Virus record (IMG/VR): IMGVR_UViG_3300021963_000080 | Coordinates: 1-64,000 of that record | DNA from: a virus | DNA: 64,000 bases | Reading direction: 5' to 3' (one strand) | Shown: piece after piece, positions 9,533 through 20,286 of the stretch | How the letters are laid out: each line of letters opens with the position of its first letter | How positions within the stretch are numbered: the first letter of the stretch is position 1 | Position numbers and translations under genes: made by a program | The notes under the pieces: model-generated | Database searches by the model: none | What the model was told of the DNA's origin: nothing | Seen by the model: the letters and a program-made list of their open reading frames with translations, nothing else

Positions 9533-11215
9533 TTATTTTTTAGGAGCTGGGGGAGTAGGGGTTTGACCTAGTAACTTCTCAGCACGTGCGCGCGATGCTG
9601 CAGACTTTTCTTGCTCTCTTTGGAATGCACGTTGTAGTTTTAAAGCAGCACTCATACGCGCTTCCTTTACTGTGCAGCTGTGCTTCTCACCCTTGGCCAT
9701 CCATCCGTCGCAATTGTCACATCTTACTTTGCGACCGATCATCTCTTTTAGTTGTTTAAGTGTTTTCATTTTTTGTCCTGGAGTATCTTTACTATATGTT
9801 TGAGCTAGACTAGCAGTGCCTTCAAGTCTGTTTGAAGAATTATTGCCTTCGCTGACTGACTTCCAACCACCACCTTTTGACTTATACCACTTTGCAGCCC
9901 AGCCATTTGCATATGCGGAAGGATATACATCAAATTTAGATCGAGCAAGCGATTTAGCTTTTGACCACAATTCAGGATTAGTTGGTTTATTACTTTCACC
10001 CAAACTAGTTTGTTCGTTTTTTGGTTTTTTGCCAGCTTTTTTCATTGCTATAGCTATAGCTGCTTGTTGTTTAAAGTTTTTGGCTTCTGAGTGCATATTA
10101 ATAAAAAAGTTAGCTTGTTTTTTATCCAACGTTGTAGCGCTGGCTTTATTTTTTAATGCTTTTACTTTAGCCAAAGTGATTGGTCCATCAATCTTTGCCT
10201 TAAGGGTACCAGGTGCACCTCTTTTGCTATGACTTTGTTTGATTAATTCAGATGTTTGTTTTTCTTCTGTTGCAACGTTGATTGGTTTATTTCCTTTACC
10301 AGCTCTATCTGCAACTGGATCTTCTCTACGCTTGCGTCTTGCAGCTGCAGCACGATCTTGTTTATTCATCGACTGGGCTTTTGATTGAGGTAAACATTTT
10401 GGTTTGCCCTCTCCTGGCTCTCTTGCACAATCCCCTTTAATGTTTCCTTTTGTATCCATACGGACCCATTTTTCTTTGAACCATTTACGAAGATCTTCAT
10501 TAAGAGCAGGACACTTACCACCAAACTTAGGGGGAACGTGGGTTGTTCCGCATCTTCCACACTTTGTTGCTTTTGCTTCTTGTACAACAACCTCTTCACT
10601 GAACATATGAGTATTGCGTTGGCCATACTCTCTCATCATAACCCCGGCCAATGCATTTGCTTCGTTCTCATATGGAGAACCAGTATCACCAGCATCTTCT
10701 GGTAATGGCTCTAGTGTTCCTTGACGGTAATGAACGAGTTCGTGAGCGAGTGTGCGAAGAATATCCATTGTATGTCTACCAGCAACGTTTAATTCGATGC
10801 GTTGTTCTTCCGGATAGTATCCACCGAATGCGCCAAACTTCTCTGCCGCCTCTAAATCATAGTTGAGATCAATCTGCGGAAGCGTATCTAAATTGAGAGT
10901 ACCTTTTGCAAACTGCACAAAGTCTTCTACAGCATCTGCAACTTTTTTCTTCTCCAACAACACTTCCTCTTTGATCCATTCTCTAAACCCAGCTGTCCGA
11001 CCCCACTTATTTCCTCTAGGAAGATTGGCGCCAGGTTTTACGCGAGTTTCTTTCCCTGTCTCTTTATCAACAGCCCACTTATGATCCTTAGCGTTTTTAT
11101 GACCTTCTTGAGAAAAAGCAATAGCAATCTTAGAAGCATGCGTGTGTCTATGCCCTTCAAAATTGGATTTTCCCTTCATTGCACGGGATATTTTTTTGCG
11201 AGTTTGTATGTCCAT
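9533..11215 (-). CDS. Modular late protein: NUMOD3-like module, HExxH zincin domain and short basic modules
   Basis: LRTLAHELVHYRQ plus ENEANA metalloprotease motif; LRKWFKEKWV and KFDVYPSAYANGW modules; late-type CATAAATA 6 nt upstream. Confidence 0.75.
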   Translation of the reverse strand: MDIQTRKKISRAMKGKSNFEGHRHTHASKIAIAFSQEGHKNAKDHKWAVDKETGKETRVKPGANLPRGNKWGRTAGFREWIKEEVLLEKKKVADAVEDFVQFAKGTLNLDTLPQIDLNYDLEAAEKFGAFGGYYPEEQRIELNVAGRHTMDILRTLAHELVHYRQGTLEPLPEDAGDTGSPYENEANALAGVMMREYGQRNTHMFSEEVVVQEAKATKCGRCGTTHVPPKFGGKCPALNEDLRKWFKEKWVRMDTKGNIKGDCAREPGEGKPKCLPQSKAQSMNKQDRAAAARRKRREDPVADRAGKGNKPINVATEEKQTSELIKQSHSKRGAPGTLKAKIDGPITLAKVKALKNKASATTLDKKQANFFINMHSEAKNFKQQAAIAIAMKKAGKKPKNEQTSLGESNKPTNPELWSKAKSLARSKFDVYPSAYANGWAAKWYKSKGGGWKSVSEGNNSSNRLEGTASLAQTYSKDTPGQKMKTLKQLKEMIGRKVRCDNCDGWMAKGEKHSCTVKEARMSAALKLQRAFQREQEKSAASRARAEKLLGQTPTPPAPKK

Positions 11216-11235
11216 GGTGTTATTTATGATAATTA

Positions 11236-11335
11236 GTGCCCCACTTATGTCCTCGCTAATGGCGTTAAGCGATGTAGTTGGCAGGGGCCTCCATTATACA
11301 CACCGTAAAAGATTAACGGTCCTAAGGTGTGTTCT
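11236..11335 (-). ncRNA. Candidate structured RNA between two late genes
   Basis: Stems ACACACC/GGTGTGT, ACCGT/ACGGT, GCCCC/GGGGC and TCGCT/AGCGA in a non-coding gap; strand inferred from flanking genes. Confidence 0.4.
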
Positions 11336-11353
11336 TAGTTGTTTATTGATCTG

Positions 11354-12520
11354 TCAATTTATCTTTACAGGCGAAACTGTTAATACAACCGATGCAGTGC
11401 CGGGAATGTATGGAGAGGATCCGCTTACCGCATTCTGAGCTGGTAGTGTAGGTATGGTAATGTGGACTTCATCGGGCGTAAACCACATAAACTCAAAATA
11501 CTCATTAGGGGTTGTCGTGTTGATATAAAAATTCCAACCTATTAATGAAGAACCTGGATTTCCACCATGTGAAGATGGAACGTCAATTCTACCAGCCGAT
11601 CCTGCAACATCTACACCGTTTTGACGTAGCCATATAAAAACCGTATCGATTTGGGTACCAGAATTTGTTAACTGTACACTGAATTGAGCGTTATACAATC
11701 CAGGATGTTCAATAACAACCTGACTGTTATTAGCAATTGTAACTCCATAAGAAAAATCAACTTGATTATATGTTAAAGCGGTTGCTGTAGACGGATTGCA
11801 TGTTTGAGTTAAAGTGCTTTCAAAAGCTCCATAAAAAGCATTCTGATGGCCATGATCAAATATAAACTTTTTAGTTGGTGCATTGTATCTCAGATATAAA
11901 CCATCAGAAATAGTTTCTCTTGCAACATCATCTAAGTATCTAAGATTAACTTCACCGCCACCTGGTCCAGCCATTGATATCTTACTAACCCAACCCTCCA
12001 ACAATTTTAATTTTTGTTGAATGTCTTTAATATCCCTACTAACCACTGGAGGATCAGGCTGAACAAACATTGATGGGGGAGCTTCTGCCTTAATTTGTTT
12101 AGCAGCAACAGCAGCAAGCGAAGGAGTCTCAGCAGGAGCAAGGATCGCTGATTTCTCAACAACAACTTCTTCTATTACTTGTTCTGGCTCTACAACAGGC
12201 TCTGCTTCAAGGATTGCTTCCGGTTGTGTTTCTTTTATCTCATCTATTCGATTGAGCACAGTAGCAAACCGATCGAGGAGTTGCTGTTCTTCTTCAGTCT
12301 TTTTCTTCTCATCTGCTAATAACTTGCCGATGTCCTTAGAAAGGTCAGCGAACATTGATTGAAATGCATTTTTACGAGACTCACTAACAGCCTGTTCAGC
12401 AAGCTGTTGCTGCTCAATTTTTTGCTCCTCGATTGCTATTCGTCCTAAAAGGTCTTCGTCCTCAATACCTTGAGCAGCTTGCATTCTAGCGAGTAATTTC
12501 AATTCTTTTAGAGTATTCAT
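11354..12520 (-). CDS. Probable virion protein: coiled-coil N-terminus, C-terminal beta-sandwich (C1q/TNF-like)
   Basis: GGGEVNLRYLDDV fibre-type motif, YGAF...PGLYNAQFSVQL domain; GATAAATA late-type box at 12526-12533 (minus). Confidence 0.6.
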   Translation of the reverse strand: MNTLKELKLLARMQAAQGIEDEDLLGRIAIEEQKIEQQQLAEQAVSESRKNAFQSMFADLSKDIGKLLADEKKKTEEEQQLLDRFATVLNRIDEIKETQPEAILEAEPVVEPEQVIEEVVVEKSAILAPAETPSLAAVAAKQIKAEAPPSMFVQPDPPVVSRDIKDIQQKLKLLEGWVSKISMAGPGGGEVNLRYLDDVARETISDGLYLRYNAPTKKFIFDHGHQNAFYGAFESTLTQTCNPSTATALTYNQVDFSYGVTIANNSQVVIEHPGLYNAQFSVQLTNSGTQIDTVFIWLRQNGVDVAGSAGRIDVPSSHGGNPGSSLIGWNFYINTTTPNEYFEFMWFTPDEVHITIPTLPAQNAVSGSSPYIPGTASVVLTVSPVKIN

Positions 12521-12537
12521 GCTACTATTTATCAGTG

Positions 12538-12566
12538 TTGATTTTATTGTATTTGTTGTGTATAAT
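12538..12566 (+). promoter_or_regulatory. sigma70-type promoter, divergent from the late cassette
   Basis: TTGATT-17 nt-TATAAT followed by AAGGAG RBS and ATG 12587. Confidence 0.7.
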
Positions 12567-13031
12567 TGTACGAAAAGGAGAGTTTTATGACCGATAATGA
12601 GTTAATGGTAATTACACGGGAGATGGACGATATTTTAGCGGCGTTTTCGATTAAGCATCAAATATCCCCCTTATCTCTTGCTGCTATTATTAATGCTCGT
12701 TTGATTTGGGCATGTAGGGACACTGGTATGGAAGATGATTATCACAAACTGCTAAGTACGATACAGACCAAACAATACGACACACAACCAATATATTCAC
12801 ACTGATATGGTAAAAGAACTAACAATCCCGTTTGAAGTTGCTGATGGTATTACAAAAGCAAATCTGATCGAATCTCGTAGATACCTTCAATCAGAATTAG
12901 ATCAGTGGGAAGCCAATCCAAGGGATGACAATAATCCTACTGGGTACTGGTTGCATCCGGAAGATGTGGTCCTCAATAAGAAGCTGATTAAAGCAATGGA
13001 CCTATTGATTAATAATTATTATGGAGGGTAA

Positions 13032-13604
13032 ATGAATAAAGATTTAGATAAACTTCTATGTGAGAAGTATCCTAAGATGATGATCAACCGCAATAAGCCG
13101 ATGACTGAGACTGCTATGTGCTGGGGATTCGATTGTGGAGATGGTTGGTTCAACATCTTAGATCAATTGATGGGCAACATCCAACATCATATCGATTGGA
13201 GAAACGGACAAAGAGAAAGAGCAATCTTACACAATCAAGCAATTATTGATGCTCAAAGGATTCCAGCTGACTGGACTAAGTTCAATCAAATATATCATAA
13301 CCAAAGTGCGTGGAACGATGAGCTCCGTCAAAAGATTATCGAACATAATGCTGAGTTGAGAGAAGTGCCTGATGAGTGTCCTCAAGTAACTCTCGATCAA
13401 GTGAAAGAAAAGTTTGGTACATTACGTTTCTACTACACCGGTGGAGACGAATACATTCACGGTATGGTATCATTAGCCGAATCAATGACTGGTGTTACTT
13501 GTGAGTCGTGTGGTAACGTAGGTCAGCGTAGAGGTGGGGGTTGGGTTCATACTTATTGTCAACCATGTGAGGATAGAAGGAATGCGTCAATTAACGAACG
13601 ATGA
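13032..13604 (+). CDS. Conserved phage protein with C-terminal Cys4 zinc ribbon
   Basis: GFDCGDGWF, QVKEKFGTLRFYY, TCESCG...YCQPC. Confidence 0.75.
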   Translation: MNKDLDKLLCEKYPKMMINRNKPMTETAMCWGFDCGDGWFNILDQLMGNIQHHIDWRNGQRERAILHNQAIIDAQRIPADWTKFNQIYHNQSAWNDELRQKIIEHNAELREVPDECPQVTLDQVKEKFGTLRFYYTGGDEYIHGMVSLAESMTGVTCESCGNVGQRRGGGWVHTYCQPCEDRRNASINER

Positions 13605-14775
13605 AATGAATATAGTTAAAGAGTGCATCAAGATCATTGTATGTAAAAAGGATCCAATGTATCCTGGCGTAAGGACTACATTTGATTTAGCACAAGCCCA
13701 GCACGTGGAGCAACAGATCGCTATTCACGTCGCTAAACATTTTGGTATAGAAGAAAGGTTTGATCATGTTTAAGGTAATTGCAATCATTGCACTTGTCAT
13801 TGCTGTTGTAGCATTCGGTCCGTTCGTGTGGATCTGGTGTATCAACACATTATTCCCAATAGCAAACATTCAGTATACATTCGATACGTGGTTGGCAGCA
13901 TTGCTAATTGGAGGATCGTTTGGTGGTGTAGGCTTTGCCCGTAAATCAAAATAAGTTTTGGAAGGAACGGTTATGAGCGAAAAAGATAGTATGGCAATTA
14001 GGTTTGATAAGGTCGCGGAAGATAAATCGTTCCTTCCTGTTACACGTTTATTGGCAATTGATATTATAAAGAATCCGTACCTTGTAGTAGGAGACTTTAT
14101 GAGAGAGCTTTCAGATCAAGATATCGAACTTCTACTTGACATTGCTGATGATGAAGACAATTGTCATTTTGAAGAGCTGATTCTAATATCAGAAATGTTA
14201 GCAGCAGCTGAAGGTATACCCAGTGAGTATGAAAACGAGCTCGAGTTAGTTGCAGTTGCTAGAGCTCGTATCAGTATGTTGTTAATGTATCTAACGATGG
14301 AGTCTCTTGCAAGAAAGAACTTAATCATTCTCCATAGAGAGAATATGACATTCGGCGATGATACTGGAGATAGAGTCGTTGCTGAGAGGATGCCGTGACC
14401 GATAGGCAAGTAGAGTTGTTATATGATGCTATGTTAGAGCAGTGGCCTATTCTTCCAAGTTGGGAGCATGAGCCACGTCGTTTCCAATATTACGTTAATA
14501 TGTTTAAGCATTGTCATAGGGAGAAGTGGGACGAGATCGTAAATGATAAGTAAATGAGGATCCCACGGATCTGTGAGTAGTATAACTGTATCTCAACAGG
14601 AGGCGTTTATGTCAGCAGAAGAGCATAAGTTGAAACATTCAACACGCATACACAAGTCACTATCAAAAAAATTGTATGAAAAGAAGAATGACATTAAGCA
14701 TTCACATCATACAGACAATCCCAGAAAACTTCTAAAAGAACAAACGATCCAAGAAAAGCGAAACAAATTTAGAAC

Positions 14776-15138
14776 ATGAGAGACTATCAGCGAAGTAAGT
14801 TGTACAAGTGGGAAAGGATTGAGTATGAGTGGGATGATACAATCCTTACCCTCAATCAATGCCAACAACTTGCTTCCAGTATAGTTCCGAACGTTGAAGT
14901 GACAGACGGAAGAGCAAGAAGGTCACCATGTGCAAAGTATTCTACTAAACAGATCTGTATGCCAAAGTTTAGTAGAACAAAATGGAGTGTAATACATGAA
15001 TGTGCACACTTTATTGAGAGAGATAAACACGGACCCAGGTTTGTGAGTGCTTACATTAAGCTGCTTTCCGAGCATTACTGTCGGGATATTGACCAGCTAA
15101 AAGACAGTGCTAGTGAGTTTGGATTAGATTTTTCCTAG
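14776..15138 (+). CDS. Small HExxH (SprT-like) metalloprotease
   Basis: VIHECAHF followed by HGPRF. Confidence 0.65.
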   Translation: MRDYQRSKLYKWERIEYEWDDTILTLNQCQQLASSIVPNVEVTDGRARRSPCAKYSTKQICMPKFSRTKWSVIHECAHFIERDKHGPRFVSAYIKLLSEHYCRDIDQLKDSASEFGLDFS

Positions 15139-15343
15139 TATAATACTATAGTATCTAACCTTCTTCCAGCGGAAGACAAAATTATGTAGTATATCTCGGA
15201 TTTTGAGATATAGAATAGCTAGTTGTGATTATATTATTTGTGAGGGATAATGTAGACATGAGAGATCTTGTTGAATATTTCGTAATTGTGCTAATGCTTA
15301 TGGCATTGGTATTTCACTTAACTAGTAATAATGTGACTGTAAT

Positions 15344-15685
15344 ATGAGTTTAGATGTTGATTTAATGATAACGCAACCCACTTCCGTGTACAGTGCTAAC
15401 ATCACGCACAATCTTGGTGCTATGGCTAAAGAAGTAGATGTGGGTGAGGGAAGAACACTATATGATATTCTCTGGCGACCAGATGAGTATGGGTATGTTT
15501 ATGCACGAGATATCGTCGAGTGTTTGCATACGGGGTGGAGAGTTCTGATATCCGATCCCGATCATTTCAATCAATTCAATCCAGCAAATGGATGGGGCCA
15601 CTACCAGGGGCTTGTTAAGTTCGTCCACCAATACTACAATGCTTGTAAAGATAATCCCAATGCAGAGCTGAGGGTATCGAGATGA
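15344..15685 (+). CDS. Conserved phage hypothetical protein
   Basis: MSLDVDL, NITHNLGAMA, LWRP, NPANGWGHYQGL motifs. Confidence 0.7.
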   Translation: MSLDVDLMITQPTSVYSANITHNLGAMAKEVDVGEGRTLYDILWRPDEYGYVYARDIVECLHTGWRVLISDPDHFNQFNPANGWGHYQGLVKFVHQYYNACKDNPNAELRVSR

Positions 15686-16367
15686 TGGATATTAGTTGGT
15701 TAGTCAAAATAGTAGAAGACCATTTGTGGTATCCGATATCGCTATTGTATATTTCGTTAGTCGCGTTTGCGTTCGGAATGTTGATTGGATACTTGTTATG
15801 ATAACATCATTCAAATGGGTATTGATTGCAGTATTAATCGATCCTGCAACCGGATCAGCAGTAGATTACACTTTCCTCGATTACTTCCATTCAAGAAGAG
15901 AATGTTATACTGAGAGAAACGTTCAGCCTTTTATTCCCAATGTCAAATATGCTTGTATGAAGAGAGATTTTACATGAACGAATTTATAGATAAAGTTTTT
16001 AAGTATACAGTCAACGTTTTTAAGTATACAGCGATTGCGATCGCAGGCTTGTTGTGGTTTTTATTGTTAATCTCTATAATCTACCACATGATTAAGTTTA
16101 TAGGAACGTTGATATGATTGGTGAATTTAAATTAGCCTCACACGAAGCTCAGCAAGAGTTTGATCGCAAACGCAATTACATCTACACCAATTGCCTACCA
16201 GGAGAGAGTATGGAAACGTTACAGCAAAGAGAAACTAAAGCAATCCTAGCGATGGGTGAAGCAATTAAAGTATTGTCACAACAACTAGATGATGCTAATC
16301 GCTGCTTACGAGCAGCAAATGAGCGTATTGCTCAATTGGAAGCTCAGGTATACGGTGGCCCAACGAA

Positions 16368-16616
16368 ATGAATAGAAGAGGATTCCTGAAGACTTCAGGG
16401 TTTATTATTGCAGCTCCAGCAATCGTTAGAGCTGAGAATATAATGAAGATATGGACTCCTCCTAAAGATGATCTTATCGTTTATATCAATGGTGTGTATC
16501 AGAGTCCTACTGAGTATACTCAGTTGTTTGATGGTGCATTACGTTTCGATCATAAGAATGTTGAGTATCAAATTTATAATGTTACAAAGCAAACGTGGAT
16601 GAGGATAAATTGCTGA
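16368..16616 (+). CDS. Small protein with twin-arginine-like N-terminus
   Basis: MNRRGFLK...IIAAPAIVRAENIM. Confidence 0.6.
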   Translation: MNRRGFLKTSGFIIAAPAIVRAENIMKIWTPPKDDLIVYINGVYQSPTEYTQLFDGALRFDHKNVEYQIYNVTKQTWMRINC

Positions 16617-17663
16617 TGGCCAATCTTGATGTTAATAAACTAGAACAATTCTACCGTAATGCTCCGGTCGTTGATAAGGATCAAATCATTATCAGCCTAA
16701 TCGAGAAGAACAAAGCACTCATTGAACAATTAGAGATTGTAGAGGATAATCTCAGACGAGGACTCAGCAAGTCGTTGCAGAAGTTCCAAGCAAGATGTAT
16801 TAGAGAAGTGATTGAAGAAAATGAAACATCTATTTAAGAAAACTAAAGTAGTATTCGATGCTCATTTGAAGCAGTATGAAGTATACTACAAGAATTGGTT
16901 CGTCTGGCAATTCGATTCTTATTACAGGTATGATGAGCGGGACAGTAGAGGATACTTGACGTCGCCTATGCATTATTGCGACAAAGGGCAAGCAGAGGAA
17001 CGAGCAATTATTCGAGCACAAGCAATGATTGATACAGTTGAAGTATGGAGAAGCAAATGAATAGAATTAGTTACAGAACGCCAAGGACAATTGCTGTATT
17101 CTCAGCACCATCCTTTGTGATGTGTGCTTTGCCACATTATCTTGGAATCACAACAATCAAACCTGAGTTTGAAATATTCAGATCGATCTTTGATGGATCA
17201 GTCACTGGTCTATTCGTTGGGTCGATTGTATACTTGTTATATGCTTTTATTCACAATATTAGAGTAGAGACTTTAAATGAAGCGAATTGATGGTGATGTA
17301 TTAAAGCAAGCATTCGAAGAGATTGCAAGCGAAAACCTACTAGAAGAACTTCGTGAGTGGTTTGTTATGACAGCTCCGTTGTCTGCTAATAGAATATATG
17401 GTCGCTATGTTGAGTTGACCGAGCAGAAGGAACAAGATGAAAAAACTATTGAATGATCCGTTTACATACTTCCTATTGTATGTTGCGATGGTTCCGTTTA
17501 CGTTTGGCCACGCATACAATAACTTTCCCAACACATACAAAGCGTCTTGGACTATACAAGAAGTCTATGTTGAGTATGGTATATTAGAAAAGTCGATTGG
17601 TTCTCTTTTTGCTAGTGTTGCGTGGCCTTTCTATTGGTCAGCACAATCATGGAAGAAAGACAA

Positions 17664-17927
17664 ATGAAGTATTTTGTAATATTACTTGCGCTACTGCTAA
17701 CTGCCTGCGATCATAATACTGTTGGCGTACCGCCAGATAAAGTTGTTGTGACTGATCAATGCTTGCGTAGAGAAACATTTAATGAATGTATGAAGAATCT
17801 TCCTGCTGGTCCTGTTGCAACGAAGTATAATGATTGGGATGAGGTTATATCAGAATGTCGAACAACATCGTACTACTTGTCCCAACGACCACGTGGTACT
17901 ATTGATGAAAAGTGTAGAGGGAATTAA
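17664..17927 (+). CDS. Putative lipoprotein
   Basis: MKYFVILLALLLTAC lipobox. Confidence 0.6.
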   Translation: MKYFVILLALLLTACDHNTVGVPPDKVVVTDQCLRRETFNECMKNLPAGPVATKYNDWDEVISECRTTSYYLSQRPRGTIDEKCRGN

Positions 17928-17930
17928 TAA

Positions 17931-18443
17931 ATGACATTACTATCACATGCAATGGCAGAATTAGATCGTATCGGGATGACGGAAGACTCACCTGATGAGA
18001 TGAATGTAATGATGCGTAAGCACATTCTCCATATGATGCAAGAGTTTGCTAACGAAGGACATTCGGGGTTCTCTGCTTCGTATGCAATTAATATTCTAAC
18101 TAAGCTGTTAGACTTTAAACCGTTAACTCCTCTTACTGGTGAAGACTCAGAATGGAATGAAGTGTCTGAGCGAGCTGGTTATAGATGTTGGCAGAACAAT
18201 CGTCGCTCATCTGTATTCAAAAACGAGGATGGTGAATGTTATGATATCGATGGCAAAGTGTTCTGGGAATGGGCAATGCCATATGAAGATGGCGAGAAGC
18301 CGTACAAGTCATATTACACTTGCCGTGACTCTCGTGTCCCGGTGACGTTTCCATATACTGTTCCAGATAAGCCAATCTATCAGTATCGTCACTCAGACGC
18401 AGCTCCACAACAGCCACCTCAAAACGAGCAAGGGTTTTTGTGA
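17931..18443 (+). CDS. Conserved phage hypothetical protein
   Basis: FANEGHSGFSA, KPLTPLTGEDSEW, QNNRRSSVFK, VPVTFPY motifs. Confidence 0.75.
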   Translation: MTLLSHAMAELDRIGMTEDSPDEMNVMMRKHILHMMQEFANEGHSGFSASYAINILTKLLDFKPLTPLTGEDSEWNEVSERAGYRCWQNNRRSSVFKNEDGECYDIDGKVFWEWAMPYEDGEKPYKSYYTCRDSRVPVTFPYTVPDKPIYQYRHSDAAPQQPPQNEQGFL

Positions 18444-18670
18444 ATCAAAAGATTAAGCAATTAGCTGATCAAGCAAAGGATAGTATTCCGCAAGGAACGC
18501 TATCTGTTGAGCAATGGATTGAGCAGTATAACAATCTATTTGCCAAGCTAATCATAGACGAATCCGCATTAGTAGCGGATAGAGATGAGAAGAATCCAGC
18601 TGGTTGTGGATGGATAACAAAGACGGTTGGTGATAGGATTAGAGAGCATTTTGGAGTCAGTGATGAATGA
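18440..18670 (+). CDS. MNE(K/R)I..L...FAELI...HFGV family paralog
   Basis: MNQKIKQLADQA...FAKLIIDE...IREHFGV. Confidence 0.7.
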   Translation: MNQKIKQLADQAKDSIPQGTLSVEQWIEQYNNLFAKLIIDESALVADRDEKNPAGCGWITKTVGDRIREHFGVSDE

Positions 18671-18875
18671 AAAGATCAAACAATTAGTTGATAAGGCGTG
18701 GAAAGAGCGTGATTTGATTACGGAATCGAGATCTTTGGATGAGGCGTTTACTAGTAAGTTTGCTGAGTTGATTATTAGAGACTTAGCTCAGTTTTGTTAT
18801 GATAGTACAGAACTTAGGGTAGAGCAAGCATACAATCTCCGTAAAGAGATCTTTAACCGGTATGATATCAAATGA
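18663..18875 (+). CDS. MNE(K/R)I..L...FAELI family paralog
   Basis: MNEKIKQLVDKA...KFAELIIRD. Confidence 0.65.
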   Translation: MNEKIKQLVDKAWKERDLITESRSLDEAFTSKFAELIIRDLAQFCYDSTELRVEQAYNLRKEIFNRYDIK

Positions 18876-19393
18876 TCAGCGATGAACAATTAAAATGGAA
18901 GTATACTTTCTTTGCAATGACATTGATCGCAATGATGGCAGTCTATACAGCAATAGTTGGATGGGCATTGTATGATTTAGGGTTCAATGATGCGAGAGCA
19001 GAGTTTTCACAACCAATAAAGTATAGATGCCATGAACAAGTTGTATACCGCTCAACGCAGGGGTATTGGGAAAAGACTGGCCAGCAATGTAAGACGTTAG
19101 AGGAGATCAAGTGAAATACCATACAATTTACAAAGAAGTAGAAATTGACGTTGAATTATCCGATTTCGAAGATGATGAATTGATTCAAGAGTTGGAAGAT
19201 AGAGGCGTGATGTATGAAGACTTTGGTGATAGTAAGCTATTGCTAGAATCAATCTGGCAGAAGCGTAGGATTGGTGAAGACTATCAACGAGAGCTTGAGA
19301 AGTTAATTTACATGGCGTTGGGTAAGGTTGTATGAGCTGTGGCCACTTGCTAATTGCAATCGGTGTTTGTTTTGTTATTACAGGGTTGTTGAT

Positions 19394-19591
19394 ATGAATC
19401 CGTTAGTGAAAAGTCTATTAGCGCGAGCACATTTGGATGCACCCGATATCAAAGATACTAATTGGATTGCAGAAAGGTTTGCTCAATTGATTCTCTTGGA
19501 ATGCAACATGGCACTACAGCCTTATTTGCGTGATATGATTAGTCGTGGCAAAGCGTGTGACTTGATCAATGATCATTTCGGAGTTGAATGA
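19394..19591 (+). CDS. MNE(K/R)I..L...FAELI...HFGV family paralog
   Basis: MNPLVKSLLARA...ERFAQLILLEC...INDHFGVE. Confidence 0.65.
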   Translation: MNPLVKSLLARAHLDAPDIKDTNWIAERFAQLILLECNMALQPYLRDMISRGKACDLINDHFGVE

Positions 19592-20286
19592 TGGCATTTG
19601 ATAATCTACCTATCACTAAGAGTCAAGTAGAAGCGATCGTCAATGAGGCAATCAAGCCAATCTATGCTCAATTAGAGCAGCTCAAGATGGTCAAAGCGCA
19701 GATGCAATCGATTGACTTTAAACAACCAGTTAAGTTCAAGATTTATAAGCCCGTCGAACATGATCCGATAAGAGGGAATATCAATAGTGCTTTGCTGCCA
19801 TGGGTATATGATCAGGATAGACGTTCCGGGTTTAGTGCTAGTATGTGGGTGACGCCAGTTGATACATTACCTAATTTTGAATTGTCTGGTGATGTGAACA
19901 ATGTCAATATCCATAAGGAAAGAGATAGTCAGCGTGAGAGTGCTAAGAGTAAAATCATGGGATGCTTGAGATCTCATCCACATGAGAATATGGATAAAGA
20001 GTGTGAGATTTTGACAGAGATTGCAAGGCTTAATGCAGAATTGAGAGCGTTGCGTCGTGAATAAGTCTAGCGAAGCTCTGAAATTAGGATATATTTTGTT
20101 CAGAGTGAACGGTAAGTATTTTGTAGATTATCAGCGAGCAAGGGATTATAGAGTGACAATCACGGAAGGTCCTCTTGCGTTTGAAGGGTTCAACATCAAA
20201 AGAGGTTGGACCGGATTTTATTATAGAGTAGCAATGAACGGATATCCAATGCACAGAGCACCAGATTTAGATGTAAGGGTTGTGGA

